Assembly (NCBI GenBank): GCA_963828195.1
Contig: CAWHDT010000004.1
Span: 1 to 64,000 of the forward strand
Direction: 5' to 3'
Length of the DNA stretch: 64,000 bases
Origin: Candidatus Bathyarchaeota archaeon
GTDB lineage: Archaea; Thermoproteota; Bathyarchaeia; Bathyarchaeales; Bathycorpusculaceae
Shown piece after piece: positions 9,038 to 18,316 of this stretch. A model generated the notes under the pieces. The model made no database searches. It saw only the letters and a list, made by a program, of their open reading frames with translations, and was not told the DNA's origin. The position numbers and the translations under genes were made by a program. The stretch's first letter is position 1. The number at the start of each line of letters is the position of its first letter.

Positions 9038-10219
9038 TTGGGTTTGAATGGGAAACCACTCGTCAGCATAGTTAGCGCTGGCATGTCCAAATTCGGCAAG
9101 CATGAGGGGTTACTTGCAAGAGAAATCTTCTCCGAGGCTGCAAAAGAAGCTTTTAGCCGCTGCCCTAAACTTGCCCCAAAAAACGACATTAAAGCCATGT
9201 TTATCGGGCATATGGGTGAAGCCTACGAGCATCAGGGTCACATGGGAGCAGCCGCTGCGGATTGGACGGGGCTCACCGGCATTCCAGCCACTCGAACCGA
9301 AGCCGCATGTGCTTCTTCGGGCGCTGCATTGCGAACGGGAATTTACGCGGTAATGTCGGGTCTCGCAGATGTGGTTTTGGTTGGCGGCGTCGAGAAAATG
9401 ACACATCGAACAACCGTTGAGGTTACAGAGTACTTGGCTATGGCGTCGGATTACCCGTTTGAGCAGTGGCACGGCATCACTTTTCCAGGGTTATTCGCGA
9501 TGATGGCGACTGCTCATATGCATGCGTACGGCACAACGCAGGAGCAGATGGCTTTAGTCGCCGTTAAGAATCATTATCATGGAAGCTTAAACCCTAAAGC
9601 TCACATGCAAAAAGAAATCAGCCTTGAAGCCGTCATGGCATCACGCCCGGTGGCTTGGCCGCTTAAACTCTGCGATTGCTCACTGATAACTGACGGTGCA
9701 AGCTGCATAATCTTAACCAAACCCGAATTAGCCAGCAAATACACGGATATGCCAGTGCAGATAATCGGCAGCGGGCAAGCAAGCGACACCATCGGATTAT
9801 ACGAACGCAAAAGCCTCACGTCGCTAAACGCTACAAAGTTAGCGGCGAAAGCGGCTTATGAAATGTCAAACACAAAACCCCAAAACATAGACTTGGCCGA
9901 GGTGCATGACTGCTTCACATTTGCCGAGCTTATGGCTTACGAAGACTTAGACTTCTGCCCTGTGGGTAATGGAGGGAAGCTGGTTGAAAGCGGCGAAACC
10001 CGCCTCGGCGGACGCATTCCAGTCAACACAAGCGGGGGCTTAAAAGCTAAAGGTCATCCTGTCGGCGCAACTGGAACAGCGCAAGCTTACGAAATGTACT
10101 TGCAGCTCACGGGGCAAGCTGGAAAACGCCAAGTTAAAGATGTGCAGGTGGGCTTGACACATAATGTGGGCGGGTCAGGGGCTACGGCGGCAGTTCACAT
10201 TTACAGGAGAGATCAGTGA
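9038..10219 (+). CDS. Archaeal thiolase (acetyl-CoA acetyltransferase, SCP2-thiolase-like)
   Basis: EAACASSG (catalytic Cys), GGVEKM, EVHDCFT, GGLKAKGHPVGATG. Confidence 0.93.
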   Translation: MGLNGKPLVSIVSAGMSKFGKHEGLLAREIFSEAAKEAFSRCPKLAPKNDIKAMFIGHMGEAYEHQGHMGAAAADWTGLTGIPATRTEAACASSGAALRTGIYAVMSGLADVVLVGGVEKMTHRTTVEVTEYLAMASDYPFEQWHGITFPGLFAMMATAHMHAYGTTQEQMALVAVKNHYHGSLNPKAHMQKEISLEAVMASRPVAWPLKLCDCSLITDGASCIILTKPELASKYTDMPVQIIGSGQASDTIGLYERKSLTSLNATKLAAKAAYEMSNTKPQNIDLAEVHDCFTFAELMAYEDLDFCPVGNGGKLVESGETRLGGRIPVNTSGGLKAKGHPVGATGTAQAYEMYLQLTGQAGKRQVKDVQVGLTHNVGGSGATAAVHIYRRDQ

Positions 10220-10626
10220 TGAGTGCGAATGAGCCCTTCACGATTGAGCAGTTCTACAAGTTTCTCAAGCAGCAGAAGCTTATGGCGGGTAAATGCCTTA
10301 AATGCGGAAAAATCCATTTGCCGCCGAGACCCCTCTGCGACAACTGCTTCTCACAAGAGTTCGAGTGGATCAACGTTTCCGGAAAGGGCAAACTGCTGGC
10401 TTACACCGTTATCAATGTTGCACCTCAGCAGTTTCAAGCGTTAACGCCCTATGCCGTCGGAATTGTGCAACTGGAAAACTCCTTAAAAATCCCGGGGATG
10501 ATACAGGGCCTAAAAGAAGAGCAGTTGAAAATAGGGATGGATTTAGAATTAGACTTTGGCACATGTAGCACGACGCAGCAGTGGCCTCAGTGGCCAAGAT
10601 ACTGTTTTAAACCCTTGCAGGCTTAA
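10216..10626 (+). CDS. DUF35 Zn-ribbon/OB-fold thiolase partner
   Basis: CxxCG...PPR..CxxC ribbon followed by OB fold; overlaps the thiolase stop. Confidence 0.92.
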   Translation: MMSANEPFTIEQFYKFLKQQKLMAGKCLKCGKIHLPPRPLCDNCFSQEFEWINVSGKGKLLAYTVINVAPQQFQALTPYAVGIVQLENSLKIPGMIQGLKEEQLKIGMDLELDFGTCSTTQQWPQWPRYCFKPLQA

Positions 10627-10781
10627 GCACAAGCTTTTTCACTCTTCTTTTTTAAATAGCACTATCGGCAAGATGTCGGCGGACTTGCCTGTTTTTCTTC
10701 TTCGATTTTCGGGTAAAGCCGCTTATTTTCAATCATGAATTCGCTTTGAGCCTTTCACCCAAAGGCGATGCGGCGATTAGG

Positions 10782-11681
10782 TTAGGCTGGTGGAGGTGGC
10801 GGCGGTGGCGGCAGAGGTAGATTGCTGCTGCGCTTTCTTTGATACATCAAGGCTGTTATTGCAACGACGACAACCACGATTACGCCCGCGATAATAATGT
10901 AAATTAAATCGGGAATTCCAGAAGGCGACGACGTGGTAGATCCCGGTGTTCCCGAAGGAGCCGTACCGCCTCCTTGAAGACTTGAAGTTTGAGCTGAAAT
11001 GCTGTAGTTTGCGATTTCAGCTGACAGAGTTGCTGTCGCGTCGAATTCAATTACTGTAAAAACTGTGCCGTTATTCGGGGCTAAGGAACCGTTGATTACA
11101 TCGAATCCTACAGCAACTACCGTGCCTGCAGCGTTATAGAAAGTGCCAACTACTTTGATGCCGGTTGCAGTTTGGTCCCCCATGTTTGATACGGATCCTA
11201 TGACCGTATACGCGTTGTCTTCAACACCGCTGTAGACTGCGTCTATAGATAAGCCGGTGTACTGTTGGCTATTAGTCTGGGGCGCACTAGTAACGGTGAA
11301 TTCAATATTGCTTACGCTTGAGGCTGTCAAGGTTTGACCGGCGCCCGGGTTGCCGAAGTCAACGTAAAAAGGTGCCTTTTGATCTTGAACAAGATAACTT
11401 CCATAGGGCATAACGCCGCTTGAAGACACCAATTCTGTTCCGCCCGATTCATAAGCCGCCGCTGTCAAAGTCACTTCCGACACGTTCTCGGTACCGGTGT
11501 TCTGCACTTCGCCCACCGCGATTAAATCCCCAGCCGCATTAACATACCATGTGTAGCTTACAACTTTAATGTTGGTTGGTACAGTTGGTGCTGTTGTTTG
11601 GCTGAAAGCTTTTGGAATAGAAACTAAACCTAAACACATTATGGCTGCAATCAACGCAGCAAAGACTTTAGACTTCTTCAT
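10782..11681 (-). CDS. Secreted FxLYD-domain protein with C-terminal TM and cytoplasmic poly-Pro tail
   Basis: Signal peptide; two GEVQNTG / GSVSNMG...GTFYNAAG Ig-like FxLYD-type repeats; TM; tail LPLPPPPPPPPA. Confidence 0.8.
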   Translation of the reverse strand: MKKSKVFAALIAAIMCLGLVSIPKAFSQTTAPTVPTNIKVVSYTWYVNAAGDLIAVGEVQNTGTENVSEVTLTAAAYESGGTELVSSSGVMPYGSYLVQDQKAPFYVDFGNPGAGQTLTASSVSNIEFTVTSAPQTNSQQYTGLSIDAVYSGVEDNAYTVIGSVSNMGDQTATGIKVVGTFYNAAGTVVAVGFDVINGSLAPNNGTVFTVIEFDATATLSAEIANYSISAQTSSLQGGGTAPSGTPGSTTSSPSGIPDLIYIIIAGVIVVVVVAITALMYQRKRSSNLPLPPPPPPPPA

Positions 11682-11969
11682 TCAGTTTTCCCCTTTTCCC
11701 CGTTACCCGAAACCTTATTTTAAAAAGTACTTAAACATTATATAGCTTTTCCCCAATTCAATGCAACTTTCGAGGAATTGAAAAGAGCACGACCGCCTGA
11801 ATTTTAGTCAGCTATAGTTCCAGGCAACTGATTCCCAAAGATGATGGTATTTCCTCATGGGCAAATCTGCCCACTGAGTGGCGATTATAGACAGCTAAGA
11901 AGTCGTAGAGATTTAGGAAATCCATGATAGGGCAACAAGCAGCAGCCCAATTCTGAAGCCTTGAATTCT

Positions 11970-12074
11970 AAAAAAGGTGAGTTTCCTACTTAACGATTGG
12001 AAGATAAAACCCGTATTCAGGAAGAGAGAGGGGGAAATACGTTCCAACCGTTTCGTAGGCACTCCTCACCTGCC
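11970..12074 (-). ncRNA. Candidate ~100-nt small structured RNA
   Basis: Minus-strand AAAAATTTATATT promoter at 12107-12095. Transcript folds AGGTGAG/CTCACCT, CCTAC/GTAGG, AACGGTTGGAA/TTCCAATCGTT and CGTATT/AATACG around a C/U-rich loop, and ends in T6. No ORF. Confidence 0.6.
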
Positions 12075-12295
12075 AAGTTAATGCTTGCCTGCTTAATATA
12101 AATTTTTCATATAACCTACCTTTTTGCCACAAATGCTTTCAATAAAAACCAGTGTTAGCTTGTTTTTTGAAGCATTTTAAAAAATGAACTTAAGGACTGC
12201 CACAAGCTGGGAACCTTGATTCAGAGTTGGTCTTTGTCAGCAGATGCTTCAATGTTGATTGCAGATTTGGTTTGAAGTTGTTTGCGGAAGCCTCT

Positions 12296-14836
12296 TTATT
12301 TTTTTGTCCTTTTTGTGAGAACGTAGCTAAGCGCGATAATTCCAAGAACCAATGCAGTAGCTATAATGAGTATTGCTCCAGCCAATGTGGAGTTTAACGT
12401 TGAGTTGCTTGATGGAGCTTGAGTTGGGGACGGGGCAGAAGCTTGGTTAACCACATTGTTGGAGAAGCAGTAAACGTCCCAGTTGTTGCAGCCAATGTAT
12501 AGGTTCCCGTTGGCTATGGTTGGGGAAGACCAGCTGCTGGAAGGCGTAGTGTAGCTTGCTATTTTTGAGCCGCTGTTGTTTGCATCCAATATGAATATGT
12601 GGCGTTCACTAGTTACAACGTAGAGGTAGCCGTCTGCGTAAGAAGGGGAAACGTAGGTTTCATCTCCAGTGTAGAAGCTCCAAATCGTGCTGCCTGTCGT
12701 AGCATCAAGGCAAGCTATGTTGTATTTGTCAATGATGTAGAGGTCACCGTTAACATAGATTGGGGAAGAAACTATGAACTCGGCGGCAGCTGGATCCGTG
12801 AAATTCCAAACAATTTCTCCTGTTAACGCATTTACGCCGTAGTATGACCTCATGTCGGATGAGACAAAAACCATGCCGGCTGCAATCGACGGGGAACCCA
12901 ACATTTCATTGCCGCCTATGAATTCGTATTCGTATGGAAGAGGAAGTTTCCACATTACAGCCCCTGTGTTGGCGTTTAGTTTGTAGAGGGCGCCTGCGGT
13001 TGGTTCTTGAGAGGTGAAGTAGACGGCGCCGTCAGAAACGATTGGAGAAGATTCAATTGGTCCATTGGTTTGAGTCTGCCAGAGGACATTGCCGTTATTT
13101 GCGTCAAGAGCATACATATAGCCGTCTAATGACCCAACGTAAACTATTCCGCCCGACACAACGGGCGAAGATTTAAGCACTATGTCCCCAAAAGTGAAAG
13201 GCAAATCGCCGTTGACAAATGTTTGCCACATGAGGGCACCCGTGTAAGCGTTGAGGCAGTAAACGTATCCGTCATCTCCGCCCGTATAAAGTAGTCCGTT
13301 CGCCACGGCGGGTGAGGATTCAATAGCGTCCTTTGTGGTAAAGTTCCATATGAGGTTGCCGCTCCATGCTCCAAGAGCGTAGATGTTTTTGTCCGTTGAA
13401 CCAACATAGACTATTCCGTCCACAACTGTTGGCGAAGATATGACGGCTCCTTGAGTTGCAAATGTCCAGTCTAAAGAGAGGCTGGAGGGACCCACTTGGG
13501 CAGTTGAGGAGTGAGTGGCATCCGCGCGGAACATAGACCAGTCACTTACTGCGGTTGTGTTAGATCCAAATGCCCAAACCTGGTTAATTCGGTTATATTC
13601 GTCTCCGTTAATTGCGTCGACCGCTGTGGTCACTTCGCCTGGAATAATGTATAAGTCACCGTACGCAACGATGGCGGATTCTCTTGGAGCCAATGCTTCG
13701 ATAGGAAGCTGCCAAATAATTTGCCCCGTGTAAGCGTTCAAACAAGCAAACTGGGAGGTGCCCACTTGCCCACCGTACTCTGCTGATTCACTCGTTGTCA
13801 CATAAACCATGCCATCTGCTACCGTAGGCATTCCTGGCCAAAGAAGCGTCGCATCTGGACCTTTGTATCGCCACACAAGACTACCTGTTTCTGCGTTAAA
13901 GGCGTAAAGATACCCATCTTTGTTCATTTCATAAACCATGCCGTAAGCCACTGCTGGACCAGTAACGAAGTACCCATCAGTGTCTCCCGTCGGCGTATAT
14001 GCCCATACGATTTGACCGTTTGTAGCGTTGAAGCAATACATTGTATTATCGTCACTGCCTCCTCTATAGAACATGCCATCAGAATAAGCGCCGTCAAAAA
14101 TCATTGGCCCCTTCGTAGCAGTGTCCCAAACGATTGCTCCAGTTGTTGCATTAAGCGCCATTTGTTGACTCATGAAACAGCCCGGAAACACCAAGCCGTC
14201 ACCGTATGTTGTTCCAGTACCTGTGATGTCGCCGCCAGGGATGTAGGTTTGCCAAGCCATTGTTGGCGGATTCGCTGGATCAGAAAAACTCCAAGCTTCA
14301 ATGGTGGAGTTGACTTTTTCGTAGAACATTTGCTCTTCGGGGCTGTAAACGTTGGCGCTGAAAATGCCGGTGTCAGCGCAAAAAGTGGGGCTGGTCCATA
14401 GTATTTTGCCAGTGTTGGGATCAAGACAACTGCTTTCTACAATCATATGTGAACTATCGATTTCGTAGGCTATCGGCCAAGTCCCAACCATCGGAATAGC
14501 TGTTTGCCAGGCGATGTTCCCCGCTTGGTCAAGCGCAACCATTGAGGTGTTGGTACCGACGAAAATCAATCCGTCAAACGCGGCGAGGTAAGGCTGTATG
14601 CCCGTTATGTTCGCTTTCCAAAGTATTGCTGAGGTGTCAGGGGCTGGTCCCGCTGAGAACCGTGTAAAAGAGGAATCGCCTTGAAACTCGGGCCAATCGT
14701 ATGAATTCAAATTACCCAAATTGGAAGCTGTGGTGGTGTTCACCTGTGCAGTTGCATTTTTCTGTAAAGTTGAAGCAAAAACTGATGAAACAAGTAAAAG
14801 AGCCAAAACTAATGCGACTTGAATTTTTCTGGAAAT
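12296..14836 (-). CDS. Secreted PQQ-like (BamB-type) double beta-propeller protein, C-terminally anchored
   Basis: WPEFQGD and WSMFRAD starts of two propellers; many SSP.V.DG.VY.GS / LNA.TG..W repeats; TM + KRTKK. ORF track starts at TTG 14806, but the signal peptide extends in frame to ATT at 14836. Confidence 0.88.
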   Translation of the reverse strand: MSRKIQVALVLALLLVSSVFASTLQKNATAQVNTTTASNLGNLNSYDWPEFQGDSSFTRFSAGPAPDTSAILWKANITGIQPYLAAFDGLIFVGTNTSMVALDQAGNIAWQTAIPMVGTWPIAYEIDSSHMIVESSCLDPNTGKILWTSPTFCADTGIFSANVYSPEEQMFYEKVNSTIEAWSFSDPANPPTMAWQTYIPGGDITGTGTTYGDGLVFPGCFMSQQMALNATTGAIVWDTATKGPMIFDGAYSDGMFYRGGSDDNTMYCFNATNGQIVWAYTPTGDTDGYFVTGPAVAYGMVYEMNKDGYLYAFNAETGSLVWRYKGPDATLLWPGMPTVADGMVYVTTSESAEYGGQVGTSQFACLNAYTGQIIWQLPIEALAPRESAIVAYGDLYIIPGEVTTAVDAINGDEYNRINQVWAFGSNTTAVSDWSMFRADATHSSTAQVGPSSLSLDWTFATQGAVISSPTVVDGIVYVGSTDKNIYALGAWSGNLIWNFTTKDAIESSPAVANGLLYTGGDDGYVYCLNAYTGALMWQTFVNGDLPFTFGDIVLKSSPVVSGGIVYVGSLDGYMYALDANNGNVLWQTQTNGPIESSPIVSDGAVYFTSQEPTAGALYKLNANTGAVMWKLPLPYEYEFIGGNEMLGSPSIAAGMVFVSSDMRSYYGVNALTGEIVWNFTDPAAAEFIVSSPIYVNGDLYIIDKYNIACLDATTGSTIWSFYTGDETYVSPSYADGYLYVVTSERHIFILDANNSGSKIASYTTPSSSWSSPTIANGNLYIGCNNWDVYCFSNNVVNQASAPSPTQAPSSNSTLNSTLAGAILIIATALVLGIIALSYVLTKRTKK

Positions 14837-15146
14837 TACTTTTTGCCCCCAATATTTATGCTGGATTCACCGATTTTCGTTAAGAGGTTGACTATTGACC
14901 CCAATGACGTGATTACCGTATTGATTTGTTTCACTATAAAGCTTACGGAAACTTCGCACCTTCATCTTCAGAGGTGCCGCCATCAACAACTGTGCGATAA
15001 CGTTCGTTTAGTCTAATATTTGCACTTAAAAGGTAAAGAGTTATCGCTCAAACCTGAACTTTGCTGGCTTCAAGAACAAAAGGGTTTTTATGCTAAGCAT
15101 TCAATAGCGATTTGTCATTAAGGGTAACTTAGGATAAAGTGGCAAT

Positions 15147-16709
15147 TTGTCAGCAGATTTGGCATTAACCAACGTGAACGCCCTAACAATGAACCCGAAC
15201 CAGCCTGTTGCTCAAGCAGTGGCGATAAGAAAAAACAAAATTGTCAAAGTAGGAACAAACCAAGAAATAAACCGGTTAATTGGCAAAGACACAGAAATCA
15301 TAAATTTAACTGGGAAAACTTTAGTTCCCGGCTTAATTGACACGCACATACATGTGGCAGATTTTGGCAGATGCCTGCTTTGGCTTGACTTAACCGGCGC
15401 AGAATCAATCAATAATCTACAAAGCCTCTTAAAAGAAAAGGCTAAGCAAATGCAGGCGGGGAAATGGATAATTGGGCGCGGATGGACCCAGAGCCGCTTC
15501 AAAGAAAACCGTATGCCCAACCTTTCGGACTTAAACGAGGCAGCACCAGATAACCCAGTTATACTGTATCATGGGGCAGCGATGATTTGCGCCGTAAACA
15601 GCAAAGCCATATCAGCAGCTGGCTTGACAGAGCAGACCTCTGTACCTGAAGGGGGCGCCATTGACAAAAACCTAAAGACGGGCAAGCTGACTGGCGTCCT
15701 GCGGGGCACTGCAACAAATCTAATCTGGCGAGCCATTCCTGAGCCAAACGTTGACGAACTTTCGGAGGCGTCGGCGCAAGCTTGCCAAAAAATTGTGGAA
15801 GCAGGCTTAACCAGCGTTCACTGGCTTGTGCTCTCAGAAAACGAGTTACCCATAATTCAGAGGCTCAAAGCAGAAGGCAAACTTCTCGTCAGGGTTAACG
15901 TAGTCATTCCGGAGGCGCTGCTAAAGATAACCGCTGGCCTCCAATCATCTGATCCCCTGATGCTGCGTGTCGGCGGCGTCGGAATTGACGTTGACGGGTA
16001 TTTGGACTCCAAAACAGCCGCGTTATCTCAACCTTACAGTGATGAACCGAATAACAGTGGCAAATTATTCTATACCGAGGAGGCGTTGGCAGGCTCAATC
16101 CAACGGGCTCTGGCGTCTCATCTTCAGCCAGTCGTACATGCGATGGGCGACAAGGCAGTGGATATTACATTGCGAGCAATCGAGCGAGTTGCATCTGCCA
16201 ACGGGGTTCGCTTTCGTATTGAGCAAGCGGCGGTCCTAAGCAAGGAATCAGTCAAGCGCCTGAAAGACCAAAAAGTCGTGGTTACAGTTCAGCCCAAAGT
16301 TATCACAACAGAATTCGCTATTTGGTCAGCATCCGAACACCTCGGCATTGAAAGAACCAACTGGCTTCATCCCCTAAAAACCCTCATTAATGAGGGAGTT
16401 AAAGTGGCTGGCGGTTCAGACTGTCCCATGGAACCTTTAAACCCGATGCTTGGCATGCAAGAAGCAGTCTTGAGACCTGATTGTCCCCAGCAGCGTTTAA
16501 CCGTTGAGGAAGCCTTGCGGATGTACACCCTTGACGCCGCCTACTCTTCGGGTGAAGAAAAAATTAAAGGGTCAATTGAAGAGGGCAAACTAGCCGACTT
16601 AGCAGTTCTATCCGTTGACCCGCTCTCTACCCCGTCCAAGGAGCTTCAAGACGTAAAGGTAGAGATGACCATCATAGATGGAAAAATAGTTTATTCCAAG
16701 ACACCTTGA
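15147..16709 (+). CDS. YtcJ-like amidohydrolase (amidohydrolase 3 family)
   Basis: PGLIDTHIH, WIIGRGW, HAMGD, GSDCP, GKLADL motifs. Confidence 0.88.
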   Translation: MSADLALTNVNALTMNPNQPVAQAVAIRKNKIVKVGTNQEINRLIGKDTEIINLTGKTLVPGLIDTHIHVADFGRCLLWLDLTGAESINNLQSLLKEKAKQMQAGKWIIGRGWTQSRFKENRMPNLSDLNEAAPDNPVILYHGAAMICAVNSKAISAAGLTEQTSVPEGGAIDKNLKTGKLTGVLRGTATNLIWRAIPEPNVDELSEASAQACQKIVEAGLTSVHWLVLSENELPIIQRLKAEGKLLVRVNVVIPEALLKITAGLQSSDPLMLRVGGVGIDVDGYLDSKTAALSQPYSDEPNNSGKLFYTEEALAGSIQRALASHLQPVVHAMGDKAVDITLRAIERVASANGVRFRIEQAAVLSKESVKRLKDQKVVVTVQPKVITTEFAIWSASEHLGIERTNWLHPLKTLINEGVKVAGGSDCPMEPLNPMLGMQEAVLRPDCPQQRLTVEEALRMYTLDAAYSSGEEKIKGSIEEGKLADLAVLSVDPLSTPSKELQDVKVEMTIIDGKIVYSKTP

Positions 16710-16717
16710 GAAGCGAG

Positions 16718-16984
16718 TTAATGTTCTGCTTTGCTTTTTTCAAGCTTAATGAATTCAGCAGATAATCTCCATATGAAAAATCCAAAGGCGCTCACTAAGA
16801 AAGAGAAAATTGTGAAGGTGTCTGTTCTAAGCCACGGCAAAAGATGCGAAACACGCAGTGGCAACCAATTTGGATCAAGAAACTGTATAAACACGCCGTC
16901 AAGCCAAGCTAGCAAACCATACAGAAATAGGACTTCTCCGACGACTTTGGCAACGAGAATTTTTCTGTCAAAAAAGCTGTTCAT
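16718..16984 (-). CDS. Small membrane protein
   Basis: Two hydrophobic helices; fills the gap between convergent genes. Confidence 0.6.
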   Translation of the reverse strand: MNSFFDRKILVAKVVGEVLFLYGLLAWLDGVFIQFLDPNWLPLRVSHLLPWLRTDTFTIFSFLVSAFGFFIWRLSAEFIKLEKSKAEH

Positions 16985-17054
16985 GCACTACCATGAAACA
17001 GGCATAATTATAAAACTTACTAGGGCATTATTGCTGATTTCCAAAAGGTTAACA

Positions 17055-18044
17055 TTAAATTGGGAAAAAGAACAAACGGACGCCTACAATGATGCCTATG
17101 CACATCAGCACCCACAAAACGATGGTCACATCCCTAATTCGTAACGCACCCAGAATCTTGTTGCCCGTCAACGGCTCCAAACTATCGCCAAGAATATATT
17201 GACCGGGCTTCTCCAACTGTATCCGCAAGGCCCCAGCCATAGCTGCCATGGGCCAACCGTGATTTCGGCTCGGCGTCTTCTTGTGGTCTCTGTAAGCGAT
17301 TTTCCAAGCGTTTTTTGCGTCTTTTCCAAGAATTGCAGCCGCCGCAATCATAAACATTGCAGTTAATCTTGTGGGTATGTAGTTGACGACGGTGTCTAGG
17401 TTTGCGCTGAACCATCCTGTGTTTATGTGTTCTTTATCTTTGAAGCCGACCATGCCGTCTAGGGTGTTTATGGCTCGAAAAGCGATGGCGCCGGTGACGC
17501 CGAACAACGCGAAGGACAACATGGGCGACAGTTTGAAATCAATTAGGTTCTCAGCCATGGATTCGATGACTGCGCTGCTCATCTGTGACCCGTTTAGGTT
17601 TGTTGAGTCCCTTCTTGAAAAATGACTATACTTCTTTGCTTCTTCAACCTCATCGGCTTGAATGGCTTTAGCCGCGGCTTTTGCCCAATCAGTCTCAAGC
17701 TTAATGCAAATCGTCATCTTCACAAGAATAATGCCTATGAAAGCGTACACAAAGATGCTGACATAAGTGAAAATCGCCCATAAACCCAAATAAACAGGCA
17801 CCGCAAAAGCGCAAATCACCGCCAGCGCCAAAAAAACGCCAAGAAGTTTTTCTATTTTTGGGTCGGGGTTTTTGAAATACGGCTCGATTTTTTTAGTAAA
17901 CTGCCCCATAAGAACAGTTGGGTGCAACTTGAAAATGAGCCTTTCAGGATTATTCGGAGACGGATCGCCAAGAACCAAATCTAGCAGTATGGCTAAAACC
18001 AGCATTGCGACGGCGATCAATATATTTAAGACTTCAAGCACCAA
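17055..18044 (-). CDS. cbiB: Adenosylcobinamide-phosphate synthase (copy 2)
   Basis: LGDP...HP, ESMAENL.D, FRAINTLDGMVGF, NYIPTRL, SRNHGWPMAAMAGAL. Confidence 0.9.
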   Translation of the reverse strand: MVLEVLNILIAVAMLVLAILLDLVLGDPSPNNPERLIFKLHPTVLMGQFTKKIEPYFKNPDPKIEKLLGVFLALAVICAFAVPVYLGLWAIFTYVSIFVYAFIGIILVKMTICIKLETDWAKAAAKAIQADEVEEAKKYSHFSRRDSTNLNGSQMSSAVIESMAENLIDFKLSPMLSFALFGVTGAIAFRAINTLDGMVGFKDKEHINTGWFSANLDTVVNYIPTRLTAMFMIAAAAILGKDAKNAWKIAYRDHKKTPSRNHGWPMAAMAGALRIQLEKPGQYILGDSLEPLTGNKILGALRIRDVTIVLWVLMCIGIIVGVRLFFFPI

Positions 18045-18316
18045 CCAAGAGCTAAACTCGGCGTTTCTTTCGAGATACTTTAGGTAAACAGTTTATATTA
18101 ATTACGGTTCTGCCGCTTTGCAAGAATATTTATGATCTGTTAAACAGGTTTCTGATTGGAGACTTCACTATTGCTGCCGAACATGTTTTGGACATACTTA
18201 GGTTGCTTTACTGAACGGTTTTTTAAGTGCGAGTTTGCTCCCCAGTTTTAGCCAATTTATAACAAAATTTAAATGTTGATATTATCAAGTGATAAAACAG
18301 GACTGGGTGCTAATCC

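Noticed and set aside
11838-11960. C/D-box sRNA or fluoride riboswitch (ATGATGG...CTGA)
   Set aside because: C box is imperfect, box spacing is wrong and the riboswitch P1/pseudoknot pairing is absent
12195-12220. Cobalamin riboswitch-like GCCAC...GGGAA near cob genes
   Set aside because: Only a short partial motif; core helices are missing and it is not upstream of a cobamide gene
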